DNA of 64,000 nucleotides from the IMG/VR virus record IMGVR_UViG_3300015371_000021, positions 8,190 to 72,189 of that record; one strand, written 5' to 3'. The position numbers and the translations under genes were made by a program. Origin of the DNA: a virus. Shown here one piece after another: positions 16,519 through 27,207 of the stretch. The notes under the pieces were generated by a model, which ran no database searches, had not been told where the DNA came from, and saw only the letters and a program-made list of their open reading frames with translations. Position 1 is the stretch's first letter; each line of letters begins with the position of its first letter.

Positions 16519-18300
16519 TCACACCGGCCGCCGGTAGTTTACTTGAATCGCGGTCGATGCTGGGGTGCCGGTGACGCCAGAAATCACCATCGTCACGTGC
16601 TGGCCGCTGTTGACGGTATTGGCCGCGCTGCAAGTGGACGTCGTGCGGCTTGCGGCTGAGACGACGATGGCGTTGCAGCCGGTTACCGGCGTACCGTTGA
16701 TCTGAATCGACACGGTAAAGGTGCCACCCGTTGTGTAATAGGTGATGGTGTCGATCGTGCCGGCGCCCCAGGGCCATGTGTCGATGACCGGGATCGTGTC
16801 ATTGCTGACAGCAACCGTCGCGCCCCACCAGGCGGTGAGGGTGCTGGTCGTGTTGCCGATGGTCAGCACAGCAGCGCCTGACAAAGCGAGCGGCGCGGTC
16901 GCGGTCAGCGTGCCGCCCGAGGCGCCGGCCAGGCAGGTCGGGCAGGTAAAGTTGCCGGTGCCGTTATTGTAGACCAGCGGTGCGGTGGCGCTGAATCCGG
17001 TGAGTGACGCGTATGGCCCTTGGGTAAAGCCATTGAACCGGCCGAACAGCCCCTGCGTGGTGCACCAGATCATGCCGTTGGTGGGAGATGTCGGCGCGGT
17101 GCCTTGCGGGCAGATCAGGTTGGCGCCAACGCCAGTCGAGGCCGCTGTGGTTAATGTGCCGGAGAAGGTGGCAGCGGCGATCGTGGCGGTGCCGCTGATG
17201 ACTGGATTGGTCAGTGTTGCTGTGGGAATGGTCAATGCTGTTGGCAGCGTGGTGGCGAACGCTGGCAGAGAGGCGCCATTGCTGACCAGCACGGCGTTGG
17301 GGAGTTGCCCCAGGCACGTTACCGACGTGCCGGACGCCGCGTAGTAAGCCAGCGCTGGCGCACTGCCGCAGTTGCCGACTGTGCCGCCGCCGCCTGACCC
17401 GCCGCCGGGAGGTGCGCCGCCGTCGATCGCCGTGCCGTTTGCCGAGGTGACGATGGCGTTGCCAGGAACGAAGGTACCGGTTGCGGTGAGCAGGCGCGGG
17501 CCGTTGCCTTGACCGTTGACGGTGCCGCCGAGCGCCACAACTTGGCCGGCGACGTTGATCTGCAGGTTGGACGGATTGGACAACTGCACCCAGGTGCCGG
17601 CGTTGTTGCGATAGCTGAAGCATCCAGTACCGGCGCCGGCACCTTCCGAGCCGTTGCGGCAATCGCTGGTCCAGACCCACAGGCTGGCGGCGCCCGAGCC
17701 GGGCAGCGCACCGATCGTGGTGGACAAGAATGACACCGGCCCGCCGAACGACGTGGTGGCGCCGTTATTGGCGATCTGGAAGGTCGGGCCTGTGCTGGTG
17801 ATCGAGGGCGCGGTGATTGCGCCGGTGACGCCAAGGGTTGAGCTTAGCGTGGTGGCGCCCGAGACGCCGAGCGTGCCGGTGATCGTGGTGTTGCCGGACG
17901 CTAGAGTCCCGACCAGCGTGGTGTTGCCGGTGACGCGGAGCGAGGACAGCGTGGTGAGGCCGGCGGGGATGTTCACCGGCGAGCTGAATGTGGTGACACC
18001 GGTGACGGAGAGGCTGCCGCCGATGATGGTATTGCCGGAGGCCGTGATGGTTGAGGCGACGACTGGGAAGCCCGAGCCGACCAGCGTGCCGAGGGTGAAC
18101 TTGACCGACTGGTTCGATCGCGTCGGGCCGACCGCCTGCTGGCCGAGCACAATGTCGTTGATCTGCGGATTGACCCCTTCCGCCTGGCAGGCGGTGGAAT
18201 TCGGCACCGTGGTGAGGCAGGCGGGCTGCGAGCGGGCGCTGGCGATCGACGCCAGGATCAGGGCTAGGGTGATGAAGAGGGCAGAGAGGTAGCGTCGCAT
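16519..18300 (-). CDS. Fibre-like G/T-rich protein with signal peptide
   Basis: MRRYLSALFITLALILASIASA leader; L.VTG.TT repeats and APTSPTNGMIW motif as in tail fibres; many paired Cys. Confidence 0.75.
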   Translation of the reverse strand: MRRYLSALFITLALILASIASARSQPACLTTVPNSTACQAEGVNPQINDIVLGQQAVGPTRSNQSVKFTLGTLVGSGFPVVASTITASGNTIIGGSLSVTGVTTFSSPVNIPAGLTTLSSLRVTGNTTLVGTLASGNTTITGTLGVSGATTLSSTLGVTGAITAPSITSTGPTFQIANNGATTSFGGPVSFLSTTIGALPGSGAASLWVWTSDCRNGSEGAGAGTGCFSYRNNAGTWVQLSNPSNLQINVAGQVVALGGTVNGQGNGPRLLTATGTFVPGNAIVTSANGTAIDGGAPPGGGSGGGGTVGNCGSAPALAYYAASGTSVTCLGQLPNAVLVSNGASLPAFATTLPTALTIPTATLTNPVISGTATIAAATFSGTLTTAASTGVGANLICPQGTAPTSPTNGMIWCTTQGLFGRFNGFTQGPYASLTGFSATAPLVYNNGTGNFTCPTCLAGASGGTLTATAPLALSGAAVLTIGNTTSTLTAWWGATVAVSNDTIPVIDTWPWGAGTIDTITYYTTGGTFTVSIQINGTPVTGCNAIVVSAASRTTSTCSAANTVNSGQHVTMVISGVTGTPASTAIQVNYRRPV

Positions 18301-18325
18301 ATCGCGCAGTCCATCCAGGATGTGC

Positions 18326-18345
18326 GCTTACGGGACGCCCGAAGC
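18326..18345 (-). promoter_or_regulatory. Leader hairpin with GGG-CGU-CCC core
   Basis: Plus strand GCTT-A-CGGG-ACG-CCCG-AAGC, ~25 nt upstream of ATG 18300. Confidence 0.5.
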
Positions 18346-18463
18346 CAGCCACCCTACCGCGCGCGGGTGTCACGGTTCAAGTTGCAGCGTCGTTAGGTTT
18401 GGGAGTATGCTGTGCGCCTGGACCTACCCCTTGCGCCGGCCGCGGTAATGGTCGGCGCTTCTT

Positions 18464-21400
18464 TTATGGCGCATGCTCCTGGGCGCGACGGAAACGCTCC
18501 TTTACTTCTGGCGTGCCGGTCTGTTCGATCATCCGCCTAGTCCGCCCTGATATCGTCGGGTTTTGTGTTTGGCGGATGAAGCGCCCGATCTCTCGCGGCT
18601 CCATGCCGAGACGGCGCAGCTCCACCCAGGCGCCCTCGGTGTCGCCGTTGATGATTTGCTTTCTGATGTCGGGCATCGCCTTTTGCAGCGCGTATTCGTT
18701 GCGCTGTCTCTGGGCAAGGGCCTCGCCCGCGGCCCGCCCGCCCGGCACACCCTGGCTGACCGTGAAGGCCCCGGTCAGCGGGCCCAGCAGCTTCATCGCT
18801 GAGACGCCGGGATCAGCCTGCGTCTTCTGCCCTAGCGCATACTGCTGGAATAGTTCCTTGCCGCCCTGGAGCATCATCGTCGGCCCCCAGTTGCTGGCCA
18901 GGTGCTGGACGATGGCGCCAGCGGTATCGAGCCAATCGCCCATGGTTTCTGGGTGCGGCGGTAACTGTGCCCGGCCCAGCGTGTCATAGCCCATGCCTAG
19001 TTCAAGGAACGGACGCACAGGGACCGGCCCGGGCGAGAGCTTGTTCATTAGCATCGGGCCGAAGTGGATTGGCCAATTGATGAACTCCTTGCCGACCTTG
19101 CCGGGCGGCAAGCTCAGGTAAATGCCGCGCCCGTTGCTGTCGACGCCGGCATAGACATGGTCCTGCTTGCCGGGCTCGTTCCAATGCTGCGGCAGCACAC
19201 CGAAGATGCTGAGCGGGTTATGCGTGACAGCGTCATGGAGTGAGAAGGCTGCCTGGTCATACCAGTCGTTGAAGACGTTTTGTGCCGTTTCTGGTAGGTT
19301 GCTTGCATACGACTTCATCTTGGTGACGAGCGGGTCGTCAGACGAACCTCCCACCGGATTGTCGCGCAGCACCTGCAGCCCGGCCTGCACAAGCGCGTTG
19401 GCGATGTAGAAGAAGCCGATGTCCAGCGCGACGGCAGCTCGCGCCTCACGCTTCATATGCTGCTTTGCCGACTTGGCTACATCAGGCCCAGCCATCTCCT
19501 CGATCCGGGCGCGGATATGCGACGGCGCGCCGTTAAACATATCCTTCAGCACGCCAGCGTTGCCCAGCGTGAACGAGCGCGAGAACAGCAGCAGGTTCGC
19601 CGCCATGTTGGCGCCCTTGCTGAGGTGCTCAGGCGGTAGCGCGCCGGCGTAGCGATTGGCAAAGTGCGCCCCTATCGTCGCGGCGACATCGGGAGCGAAA
19701 CCCTTTTTCTGAGCCTCTTTCGTCATATGGTTGTAGATGCCGACCTGGAGATCGAAAACCTTGTCCCACAGCAGCCGCTGGTGCACTTGTTCCCAGGCGT
19801 GCGGGATAGCCATAACCGCACGGCGAAACGCACCCTCAGACACCGGCTCGCGCGCCTCATCAGCAATCGAGGCAAGATCGACCCAACCGCTACGGGCACG
19901 GCCAAGTGGGGCGAGCCCGTGTTGAATTGCCCGATCCATGTAATCGAGGTCCTGCCGTAGTACCCGGCCATCGCGCAGCGCTTGGAGCGTCAGCACGCGC
20001 ATCGGCATGACCGCCAAAGCGCGCCCCATCTCGACGCCTAGATGGATGTAGGGGGAGGCCATAATGACCGACATTAGGCCACTCTTGCCGCTCTGCAGCG
20101 TCCTGTACCACTGCGGCGACTTCTCGGTGATGACCGCCTTTATGGGTCCTTCAAATCCAACTGGGATGCGGATATCGCGGTAGCCTGTGCCGGTCCATTC
20201 GCGAAATGCCGGATGGTTCGGCATGGTGGTGTAGTCGGCGGGGTTGAGCAGGCCGGGAATATCCCCCCGCACCACTGTCTGCACGCCGGTCTCTTTTCCG
20301 ACCCTATCGATCTTGTCGATCAGATCACGCGCAATGATTGCTCGCTGGATCGAGGATAGGACGTTCGGCAACGCGCGAATGTCACGCACCATCTGCGCCT
20401 CAGGCCCGAGCTTGGCCTGTGCTGCCGCCTCAGTTTCCTCCGGTGTCAGATGCTCACGTCGCATCGGCCCGGCGGTGCTGGACAGATTGCCGCGTTGGTC
20501 AATGGTGATCGACGCGCCCGTCCCGCCCTGCGGCCGGGTGAAGCCTTGCTCTTCGGACCACATCAACATGCGGCGCGGCATGTAATAGGGCAGACCTTGC
20601 GCCTCGGGCGCCACCATCCCGCGCTCTTGCATCTGATGCCAAAGGTTTTGCGAGATGGCGTCCAGCGCATCGATCATCTGGCGTTGTGGCTCGCTAAGGC
20701 CGGTGAGCCCGGTGTGGCCAGCATCAAACTCGGCGCGCGCCGCATCGCGCATGTCCGGCGGCATCTGCCGCACCTGCTGCTCGAACACAGACTGAGCGTC
20801 CATGGCCCGCCCCATGGCATCACGCTCTTGGCGACCGAACTTGCTTTTGATGCCGCGGTCGATCTCATTGAAGTGGTAGTTGTTCTGCCGCATCAGATTG
20901 GCGACGTCGGCGAGCGATGCTTGAGCGAATGTGTCGCCCTTGCCCATTGGAAAGAGCATGTCGTCGCGGAACGATTTGGCGATTGCGGCCGAGTTGTCTC
21001 GGAGACCCCGCAGGGGCTTTGCCAGCGGGCCGAATGCGCGCTTCCACGCCTCGGGATCGAACAGCGCGCCGGGGAATGAGTAGAGCTGCGCGCCGGGTGA
21101 CTGGTCCCTGCGAGCCTCTACCTCCGCCATAAACTGGTCGCGCGTCTTACCCTCAGTCTCGATGCCGTGTTGCGACGCGAGGCGGTCAATTTCGGAATTG
21201 GCGAATTTGGCGCGCTCATAATTGGCGACCGACGCGTCGTCGAGCATCGAGTAGCGCGGCCGATACTTCAGGTCATCGTTCAGCGCGTCGCGAAGATCAT
21301 TGATCGATGGGCGCTGATCGCCGAGATCGGGGAAGTAGCCAGCCTCCCAGGCGCGCAGCGCGGCTTCATCCATCGGCAAGCCGGTTTTGCTGATCAGGCC

Positions 21401-22999
21401 CGGCCGATATTTGGCGCCCCCGAGGGTGGAACGGACATCGCCCCCCTCATCGCTTATGCCGCCTTGGCGACGCAGGAATTGCGAAAGCCGTTCCGGCTCC
21501 TTGGGAGTTGGCTCGTAGGGTGTTATCTGCTCTAACGCTGGATTTTCGGCAGATTTGGCAAAATTTTCGGGAGCTTCTGTGGGCGGCGGTTCGCCGAAAG
21601 GCGGTTCCTCGGGGAGCTGGGTTTCGGCTTTCGGTGGGGCGGCTTGCGGCGGGGGCTCCGGCTCCGTCCCAGCCTTACGTTGCAGCGCATCAATCGCGCC
21701 TTCTGCCGGCTCACCAGCGGCGGCCTTCTGCAGATCGGCGACGCCTTCGGCTTCCGGCGCTGCCTCGCGTGCTGCGTTCCGCTCGCGCGCCTGTGCCGCC
21801 ATCCGATCGAGCGCGGGGATGCCTGTAGATTGAGCCGCGGGGGGACTTGGCTCTGCAGCAGCCGCGTCCCCCTTTGGAGCGGTGACGTGGACGGTAGGCA
21901 GCCCTTGCTCGACCTCGGGAACTGCCGCCGTTGGTTCGGCCCGCACCGCAGGACCACGCGCTCCGTGCAGTTCCGGCGCGCCGGTCTGCAGCCAGTCCAT
22001 CACCTCGCCAACGGCTTTCCCCGCGTCTTTGCCGCCAAAGTATTTGGCCGCCTGCGTGGCTGCTTCTGAGCCGGCAGCGATGACGGTATTGATCGCGCCT
22101 AGCGGCACGATGGGCTGGGTCAGTCCGGCCATGCCATGCTGCGATAGCCACTGGCCAGGTCCCGACTGAGGATTAATCAGCGGTGGCGCCGACGTGTAGC
22201 CCTTGGCTGCCGCCTCATTGACTGCTTCCCCTGCCTCAGCGAGCGCTGCGTGCCGCTGCTGCAATTCCTTTCCGTAGTTGGCCCATGGCATGGATGATGG
22301 CGCGGGTGCCGTGGCGGCATCGTTCGCCAGCTCGCCCTCGGATGGCCCGACGCCGGGCGGTGACTGCGGATGTTCTGCTGAAGTCGGCTGGTCTAGTTCC
22401 GCAGGTGGGAGCCGCCCGGGGCGCGGGTTAAGCCCGAGGTGCTTATAGACCGCGTCGTCGCCGTAGCCGGCCTGGCGTGCTGCCTCGAACTTCGGCCCCC
22501 AAGTCTTGGACTGGCGTAGGTAGTCGCCGATCTGCTGGTCGTTGAAGCCAGACTTGCGCGCAGTTTCGATCTGCTCACGGATGTTGGGCTGCTGCGGGGC
22601 TTCGGCGACCTGCTCCGGCTCGCGTTCACGCGCTGCTACGCGCCGGGTGTAGTCGGCATGGACCTTCCGTGCGTAGCCCTCGACATCGTCCGTCGCTCTG
22701 CCGCCAGGTCCAGCGTAGTAGGCCATGACCGCAGCCGCTGGGTCCCCGCCAAGTTTATCAGCGTTTTGGCGCAGGTAGCGTGCGGTGCCGTGGATGGCAT
22801 CCGGCGCCCAGGTCGGGTTGATACCAAGCTCGCGTGCGGTGCCCGGCATGAACTGGCCGCGCCCTAAGGCTCCGGTTGACGATATCGCGTTGTCGTTGTC
22901 ACCACCGCTTTCGACATGGTGCACAGCGCGGATCAGATCGGGGTCGATGCCGTTGGCCCGGCCCGCGTCTTCATAGACGCTGTCGTAAGTCTCGCTCAC
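18464..22999 (-). CDS. Large internal virion/ejection protein with N-terminal lytic transglycosylase (SLT) domain
   Basis: IDPDLIRAVHHVESGG...GALGRGQFMPGTA...AVMAYYAGPG; 1511 aa. Confidence 0.88.
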   Translation of the reverse strand: MSETYDSVYEDAGRANGIDPDLIRAVHHVESGGDNDNAISSTGALGRGQFMPGTARELGINPTWAPDAIHGTARYLRQNADKLGGDPAAAVMAYYAGPGGRATDDVEGYARKVHADYTRRVAAREREPEQVAEAPQQPNIREQIETARKSGFNDQQIGDYLRQSKTWGPKFEAARQAGYGDDAVYKHLGLNPRPGRLPPAELDQPTSAEHPQSPPGVGPSEGELANDAATAPAPSSMPWANYGKELQQRHAALAEAGEAVNEAAAKGYTSAPPLINPQSGPGQWLSQHGMAGLTQPIVPLGAINTVIAAGSEAATQAAKYFGGKDAGKAVGEVMDWLQTGAPELHGARGPAVRAEPTAAVPEVEQGLPTVHVTAPKGDAAAAEPSPPAAQSTGIPALDRMAAQARERNAAREAAPEAEGVADLQKAAAGEPAEGAIDALQRKAGTEPEPPPQAAPPKAETQLPEEPPFGEPPPTEAPENFAKSAENPALEQITPYEPTPKEPERLSQFLRRQGGISDEGGDVRSTLGGAKYRPGLISKTGLPMDEAALRAWEAGYFPDLGDQRPSINDLRDALNDDLKYRPRYSMLDDASVANYERAKFANSEIDRLASQHGIETEGKTRDQFMAEVEARRDQSPGAQLYSFPGALFDPEAWKRAFGPLAKPLRGLRDNSAAIAKSFRDDMLFPMGKGDTFAQASLADVANLMRQNNYHFNEIDRGIKSKFGRQERDAMGRAMDAQSVFEQQVRQMPPDMRDAARAEFDAGHTGLTGLSEPQRQMIDALDAISQNLWHQMQERGMVAPEAQGLPYYMPRRMLMWSEEQGFTRPQGGTGASITIDQRGNLSSTAGPMRREHLTPEETEAAAQAKLGPEAQMVRDIRALPNVLSSIQRAIIARDLIDKIDRVGKETGVQTVVRGDIPGLLNPADYTTMPNHPAFREWTGTGYRDIRIPVGFEGPIKAVITEKSPQWYRTLQSGKSGLMSVIMASPYIHLGVEMGRALAVMPMRVLTLQALRDGRVLRQDLDYMDRAIQHGLAPLGRARSGWVDLASIADEAREPVSEGAFRRAVMAIPHAWEQVHQRLLWDKVFDLQVGIYNHMTKEAQKKGFAPDVAATIGAHFANRYAGALPPEHLSKGANMAANLLLFSRSFTLGNAGVLKDMFNGAPSHIRARIEEMAGPDVAKSAKQHMKREARAAVALDIGFFYIANALVQAGLQVLRDNPVGGSSDDPLVTKMKSYASNLPETAQNVFNDWYDQAAFSLHDAVTHNPLSIFGVLPQHWNEPGKQDHVYAGVDSNGRGIYLSLPPGKVGKEFINWPIHFGPMLMNKLSPGPVPVRPFLELGMGYDTLGRAQLPPHPETMGDWLDTAGAIVQHLASNWGPTMMLQGGKELFQQYALGQKTQADPGVSAMKLLGPLTGAFTVSQGVPGGRAAGEALAQRQRNEYALQKAMPDIRKQIINGDTEGAWVELRRLGMEPREIGRFIRQTQNPTISGRTRRMIEQTGTPEVKERFRRAQEHAP

Positions 23000-25900
23000 T
23001 GGCCGAAGATGTTCTCAAGCGATGGGCCGCCTTCCGGCGGAGTGCCGACAGCACCAGTCGCGGGCGGACTAAGTTCCTGCTTGATCTGGCGGTTAATGTT
23101 GAGAGCCTTTTGCTTGGCCTGATCCGGCGTCATCTTGCCGCCCATCAGCATGTCGTTCGTCAGGATTTTGATGGCGTCCGTGGTGAGCTTGGAGACTTCG
23201 GTGCTGTAAGCCTTCTCCTGCGCGCTACCCTTCTGCCAGCCGAACTTTTGACGCGCCAGGTCGAGTGCCTGATCGCGTGTCTGCTGCGCGGCCATCTGCT
23301 GCTCGTGACGCTGCTGCCTCCAATCCTGGAGGTCGGCGTGCTTTTGAGCGTCTTGGTTAAGCTTCGTGCCTCGGTAATCCTTCAGGTCCATAGCTTTGCC
23401 AAAATCGAGGCCGAGGTGTTGCTCGCGAAGGTTCACGCCCTGCTGGCGAATGTCCCTGTCCTGCTGCCGGAGCGGATACAGGGCCTTGAACTCTTCGTCG
23501 CGCCGGGTCTCGCGCTTGTCCTCCATGATCAGCTGCTGGCGGTGCCACTCGACTTCGTTCGCCAGCCGCTCCGCCGCCTGCTGCTCAGTCTCGCGCATGT
23601 GCCGCTGCTGCGAGTATTGCTGCAGCCCGGCCAGCGCACCGCGGCCGATGTTGGTCAGTGCGTTGGGTGATGTGCCGCCCATCGTGCCGAGCCCGGCATA
23701 TAGCAGCGCTTCCCATGGATTGCCGGCTGCAGGCTGACGCACTTGTGGGGCGGCCATCTGGGGCGGTCCGGCCAGCATGCCGTTGCCGGGTGGTCCGCCC
23801 ATCGGCATTCCGCCACCCATCGGCCCGATCTGCGGCGCGGGTGGTGGCCCCATGCCCATCGGGGGGCGCACGGGCGGTGCCGCCATGCCCTGACGCTGCG
23901 GTGGAATCGGTGGTGTGGGCAGCACCATGTCGCTCGGCGCCCCTTGCGTGCCTGGTATTGGCTGCGAGGGAGCGAATGAACCAGGCACTTGATCATAGAG
24001 CGGACGCGGTACGTCGACCGCATTAGGCGGCATGGCGGGGGTGAACTGGGGAGGCGCCTGCGGCTTGTCGTAGATTGCCCAGTCCGGCAGCCCGACCGTA
24101 GGCTCGTCGTCCTCCGGCGAGCCGCCGCCTGCCATGCCACCGCGGGCGCGGTTCAGCATCGGCAGCCAGCCGTCCGCTGTCGGATACGGGCCACGATAGT
24201 CCGCGCCAGCACCTGCCGCTGGATCGATGCCCGGCACCCCAGCGGTATTGGCCTGGGTCAGCGGTGTGTAGTTCATCGACGGCATGGTTGGGCCGGGGCT
24301 CGCCTGCGGCGGGCCACCCATCGGCAGCGAGGCGAACGAACCGGGCAGAGGCGCGTTGGGCACGGGCGTCGGAGTAGTGGGCGGAGCCTGACCCGAGCCG
24401 GCCGAAGCAGTAGCCGGCGGTGGTGCTGCCCCAGGCGGTGGGGCCGGGGGTATAGCGGACGCCCTGACGGCATCCAAGTAATCGTTGACCGCGCCCATGC
24501 CGCCTGACCCCACGTTCAGGTGCGGCACTCCCGACTGGACGGAAACTGAGACCGGTGCCGCGCCGCCCGAAGCGCGGCCGGGATAGAAGCTTGGGTTGAA
24601 GCCACGATAATCCGCCGCCGCGACGGCTGCCGGATCGATGCTCTGCACTCCGGCGTTGGCCAGGGTCGACAATGTGTAGCCGATCGGCTGCCCGCTGGGT
24701 CCGACTTGCGGCAGATTGGAGGTGGCAGCAATCCAGCTGGGTGGGATAGGCGCGAACTGGCCGGGCAAAGGTGCACCCGGAGCTGGCGCTGGAGCCGGGG
24801 CTGCTGCTGGTGCGGGAGCTGGCGCGGGTGGTGCAGGTGGAGCGGGCGGCGGTGTGGCCGACGCCTTGGTGCTTGCCAGGTAATCGTTGATCGACCCCAT
24901 ACCGGGGGCTTCAGTGCGTCCGACGTTTAGCTGCGGGATGCCTGGCGAGCCGGCATACGACCCCGGCTTGATGGTAACCGACACCGGCGCCTCGCCGCCC
25001 GAGGCGCGACCTGGAATGCGCCCGCCGCGTGCGGCCAGGGCCAACGCCCCGCCTATAGCGCCAGCGCCGGCAGCGGCTGCAGGCGCCGCATCAGCGGCGA
25101 TGGCGGTCATCAGCGCCGCATCGCCCAGACCGACGCCGCCGTATGCCAGGCTGGCATCGGTAGCGGCAGCGCCAGCGCCCATACCAAGGGCACCTCCCAA
25201 CCCGCCAGCTCCAAACAGTCCGGCTTGGTTCGCTAAGGCAGCCCCACCCAATGCGGTCATACCCGCGCCGGCGATCTGCGAGGCCGGCGACGCGCCAGGA
25301 TACCTGGTCGATGACGTGCCGCCCGCCGCGCCGCCCAGGCCTGAGGCGATGCCCGCCTCCCAGCCGGCTGTCTGGTACGGCCAGGACTGCGCCGCGAGCC
25401 ACTGCTGGTAGGGGATGTTGAGCGACTGCTGCGCCTGCTGTTGTTCCAGGTTGCCGGCGCCCATCAGCGCGTTTGCGCCGGTCAACGTGTTGTTCAGCGC
25501 TTGGTTGCCGAGCCCGGCCATACCGGCTGCGGCCTGATTGTTTAGCCAGGCGTTAGCCTCGCGCGCCCCCAGCTGCATCTGCGCTTGCTGCGCCGCAGCA
25601 TTGGCGGCGTTCTGATACAGTCCACCGGCTGCTTGGCTTCCCTGGATGCCGAGCGGGCCCTGCTGCAGGGCGTTCTGCATCGTCTGGCCATAAAGGCTTC
25701 CTTCGAGCCCCAGCGTCTGATTGCTCAGCCCGGCCTGCTGCAAGGCGTTCTGTGCGCCCTGACTATAGAGGCTGCCCTGTAGCTGCTGGCCCTGGAGACC
25801 AAGGCCTGCCTGTTGCAGTGCTTGCTGTGCTCCCTGGTTGTAGATGTTGCTCTGCAGCTGCTGGCCCTGCAGGCCGAGGCCGGCTTGCTGGAGCGCGTTC

Positions 25901-27207
25901 TGTGCTGCGTTTTGGTAGAGCTGGCCTTGCAATCCGGCACCCTGCAGGCCCTGTCCGGCTTGTTGGAGTGCGTTCTGTGCCGCTTGATTGTAGATGCCGG
26001 CCTGCCCCAACTGACCCTGTAGTCCGAGCTGGCCTTGCGCCAGGCCGGTCTGGGCCGCTTGACCGTAGAGCCCACCGGCCAGCCCAAGGCTCGATAGCTG
26101 CGCCTGTTGGTTCGCCAGGTGCGCCTGCTGCTGTTGCTGCGCCGTCGCGACCGCCTGCTGGTAGCCCTGGCTTTCCAGTCCGGCGATGACGGGCGCCTGT
26201 GCCAGCTGCTGTTGGTTCGCTAGCGTGCTTTGCGCGATCGCCTCACGGTCGCCGCCAAAGGCGCCGGCCGACACCGCGTTACCCGACAGCTGGTTGGACT
26301 GCTGGCGGTTCTGGTTGTTGAACTGCGCCTGGGTCTTGGCGACGACATTGTCCAGGTAGGGATTGAGGTACTGATTGATCTGCTGCGGACCGAGCTGCTG
26401 GAATTGCCCGATCGTGTCAGGGGCGATGCCGGCAATGCCGCGCATTCCGCCGACGTCCATGCCGGACTGACCGATCGCACCGCCCGTGATGCCGGGGATG
26501 CCACCAGCAGCCTGCTGCATCGCAGCAACGTTCGCGTTGCTCTGGTTATTATAGCCCTGCAGCATGCCAGGGATGCCGCCTGCTACCCCATACTGCGCAC
26601 CAATGCCGGCATTGCTCTGGCCAAAATAGTTCTGCAGTGCCGGCTGCACCGCATCGGCGATACCATACATCGAGCCGACGGCAGCGTTGTTCTGCCCGAA
26701 GTAGTTCTGCAGCGCCGGCTGCACCGCATCGGCGACGTTCTGCATGCCGCCGACGTACTGATTGCTCTGGCCTAGGTAGTTCTGTAGCGCAGGGTAGGCC
26801 GAGCCGGCGACAGTATTGATCGCTCCAGCACTGTTATTCGCGTCGGTGAAAGCGTTGGTGAGGTAGCCGCCAATGCCGTTGGCAATGGCCTGCTGCATGC
26901 CGATGCTGGTGTTCTGGTTCTGAAAGTATGGATCGAGGCTGCCGGCTAGCGGCGTGGTCGCCGCGTTGTAGTAGTCGGCGGCAGCATTGATGTAAGGCGC
27001 GGAAATGCCCTGCGCTGACTGGATGTTGCCGATCGCCGCCTGCTGGTCGGGCGACAGCGGCGCCTGGAGATTTCCGCCGTACTGCTGGTAGGGCTGGGCC
27101 GCGAGACCCTGTGCGTTCTGAACCGCGTGGGTATAGGCGTCGAGGAACTGCTGCGGCGGCTGCTGGTTCTGGACTACTGTATTAGTGCCGCCGCCACCCT
27201 TGCACAT
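22996..27207 (-). CDS. Ejection/DNA-pilot protein with Q/A/G 22-aa repeats, TM region and Pro-rich modules
   Basis: MCKGGGG start; YLNPYLDNVV...AGAFGGDR core typical of podovirus pilot proteins. Confidence 0.8.
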   Translation of the reverse strand: MCKGGGGTNTVVQNQQPPQQFLDAYTHAVQNAQGLAAQPYQQYGGNLQAPLSPDQQAAIGNIQSAQGISAPYINAAADYYNAATTPLAGSLDPYFQNQNTSIGMQQAIANGIGGYLTNAFTDANNSAGAINTVAGSAYPALQNYLGQSNQYVGGMQNVADAVQPALQNYFGQNNAAVGSMYGIADAVQPALQNYFGQSNAGIGAQYGVAGGIPGMLQGYNNQSNANVAAMQQAAGGIPGITGGAIGQSGMDVGGMRGIAGIAPDTIGQFQQLGPQQINQYLNPYLDNVVAKTQAQFNNQNRQQSNQLSGNAVSAGAFGGDREAIAQSTLANQQQLAQAPVIAGLESQGYQQAVATAQQQQQAHLANQQAQLSSLGLAGGLYGQAAQTGLAQGQLGLQGQLGQAGIYNQAAQNALQQAGQGLQGAGLQGQLYQNAAQNALQQAGLGLQGQQLQSNIYNQGAQQALQQAGLGLQGQQLQGSLYSQGAQNALQQAGLSNQTLGLEGSLYGQTMQNALQQGPLGIQGSQAAGGLYQNAANAAAQQAQMQLGAREANAWLNNQAAAGMAGLGNQALNNTLTGANALMGAGNLEQQQAQQSLNIPYQQWLAAQSWPYQTAGWEAGIASGLGGAAGGTSSTRYPGASPASQIAGAGMTALGGAALANQAGLFGAGGLGGALGMGAGAAATDASLAYGGVGLGDAALMTAIAADAAPAAAAGAGAIGGALALAARGGRIPGRASGGEAPVSVTIKPGSYAGSPGIPQLNVGRTEAPGMGSINDYLASTKASATPPPAPPAPPAPAPAPAAAPAPAPAPGAPLPGQFAPIPPSWIAATSNLPQVGPSGQPIGYTLSTLANAGVQSIDPAAVAAADYRGFNPSFYPGRASGGAAPVSVSVQSGVPHLNVGSGGMGAVNDYLDAVRASAIPPAPPPGAAPPPATASAGSGQAPPTTPTPVPNAPLPGSFASLPMGGPPQASPGPTMPSMNYTPLTQANTAGVPGIDPAAGAGADYRGPYPTADGWLPMLNRARGGMAGGGSPEDDEPTVGLPDWAIYDKPQAPPQFTPAMPPNAVDVPRPLYDQVPGSFAPSQPIPGTQGAPSDMVLPTPPIPPQRQGMAAPPVRPPMGMGPPPAPQIGPMGGGMPMGGPPGNGMLAGPPQMAAPQVRQPAAGNPWEALLYAGLGTMGGTSPNALTNIGRGALAGLQQYSQQRHMRETEQQAAERLANEVEWHRQQLIMEDKRETRRDEEFKALYPLRQQDRDIRQQGVNLREQHLGLDFGKAMDLKDYRGTKLNQDAQKHADLQDWRQQRHEQQMAAQQTRDQALDLARQKFGWQKGSAQEKAYSTEVSKLTTDAIKILTNDMLMGGKMTPDQAKQKALNINRQIKQELSPPATGAVGTPPEGGPSLENIFGQ

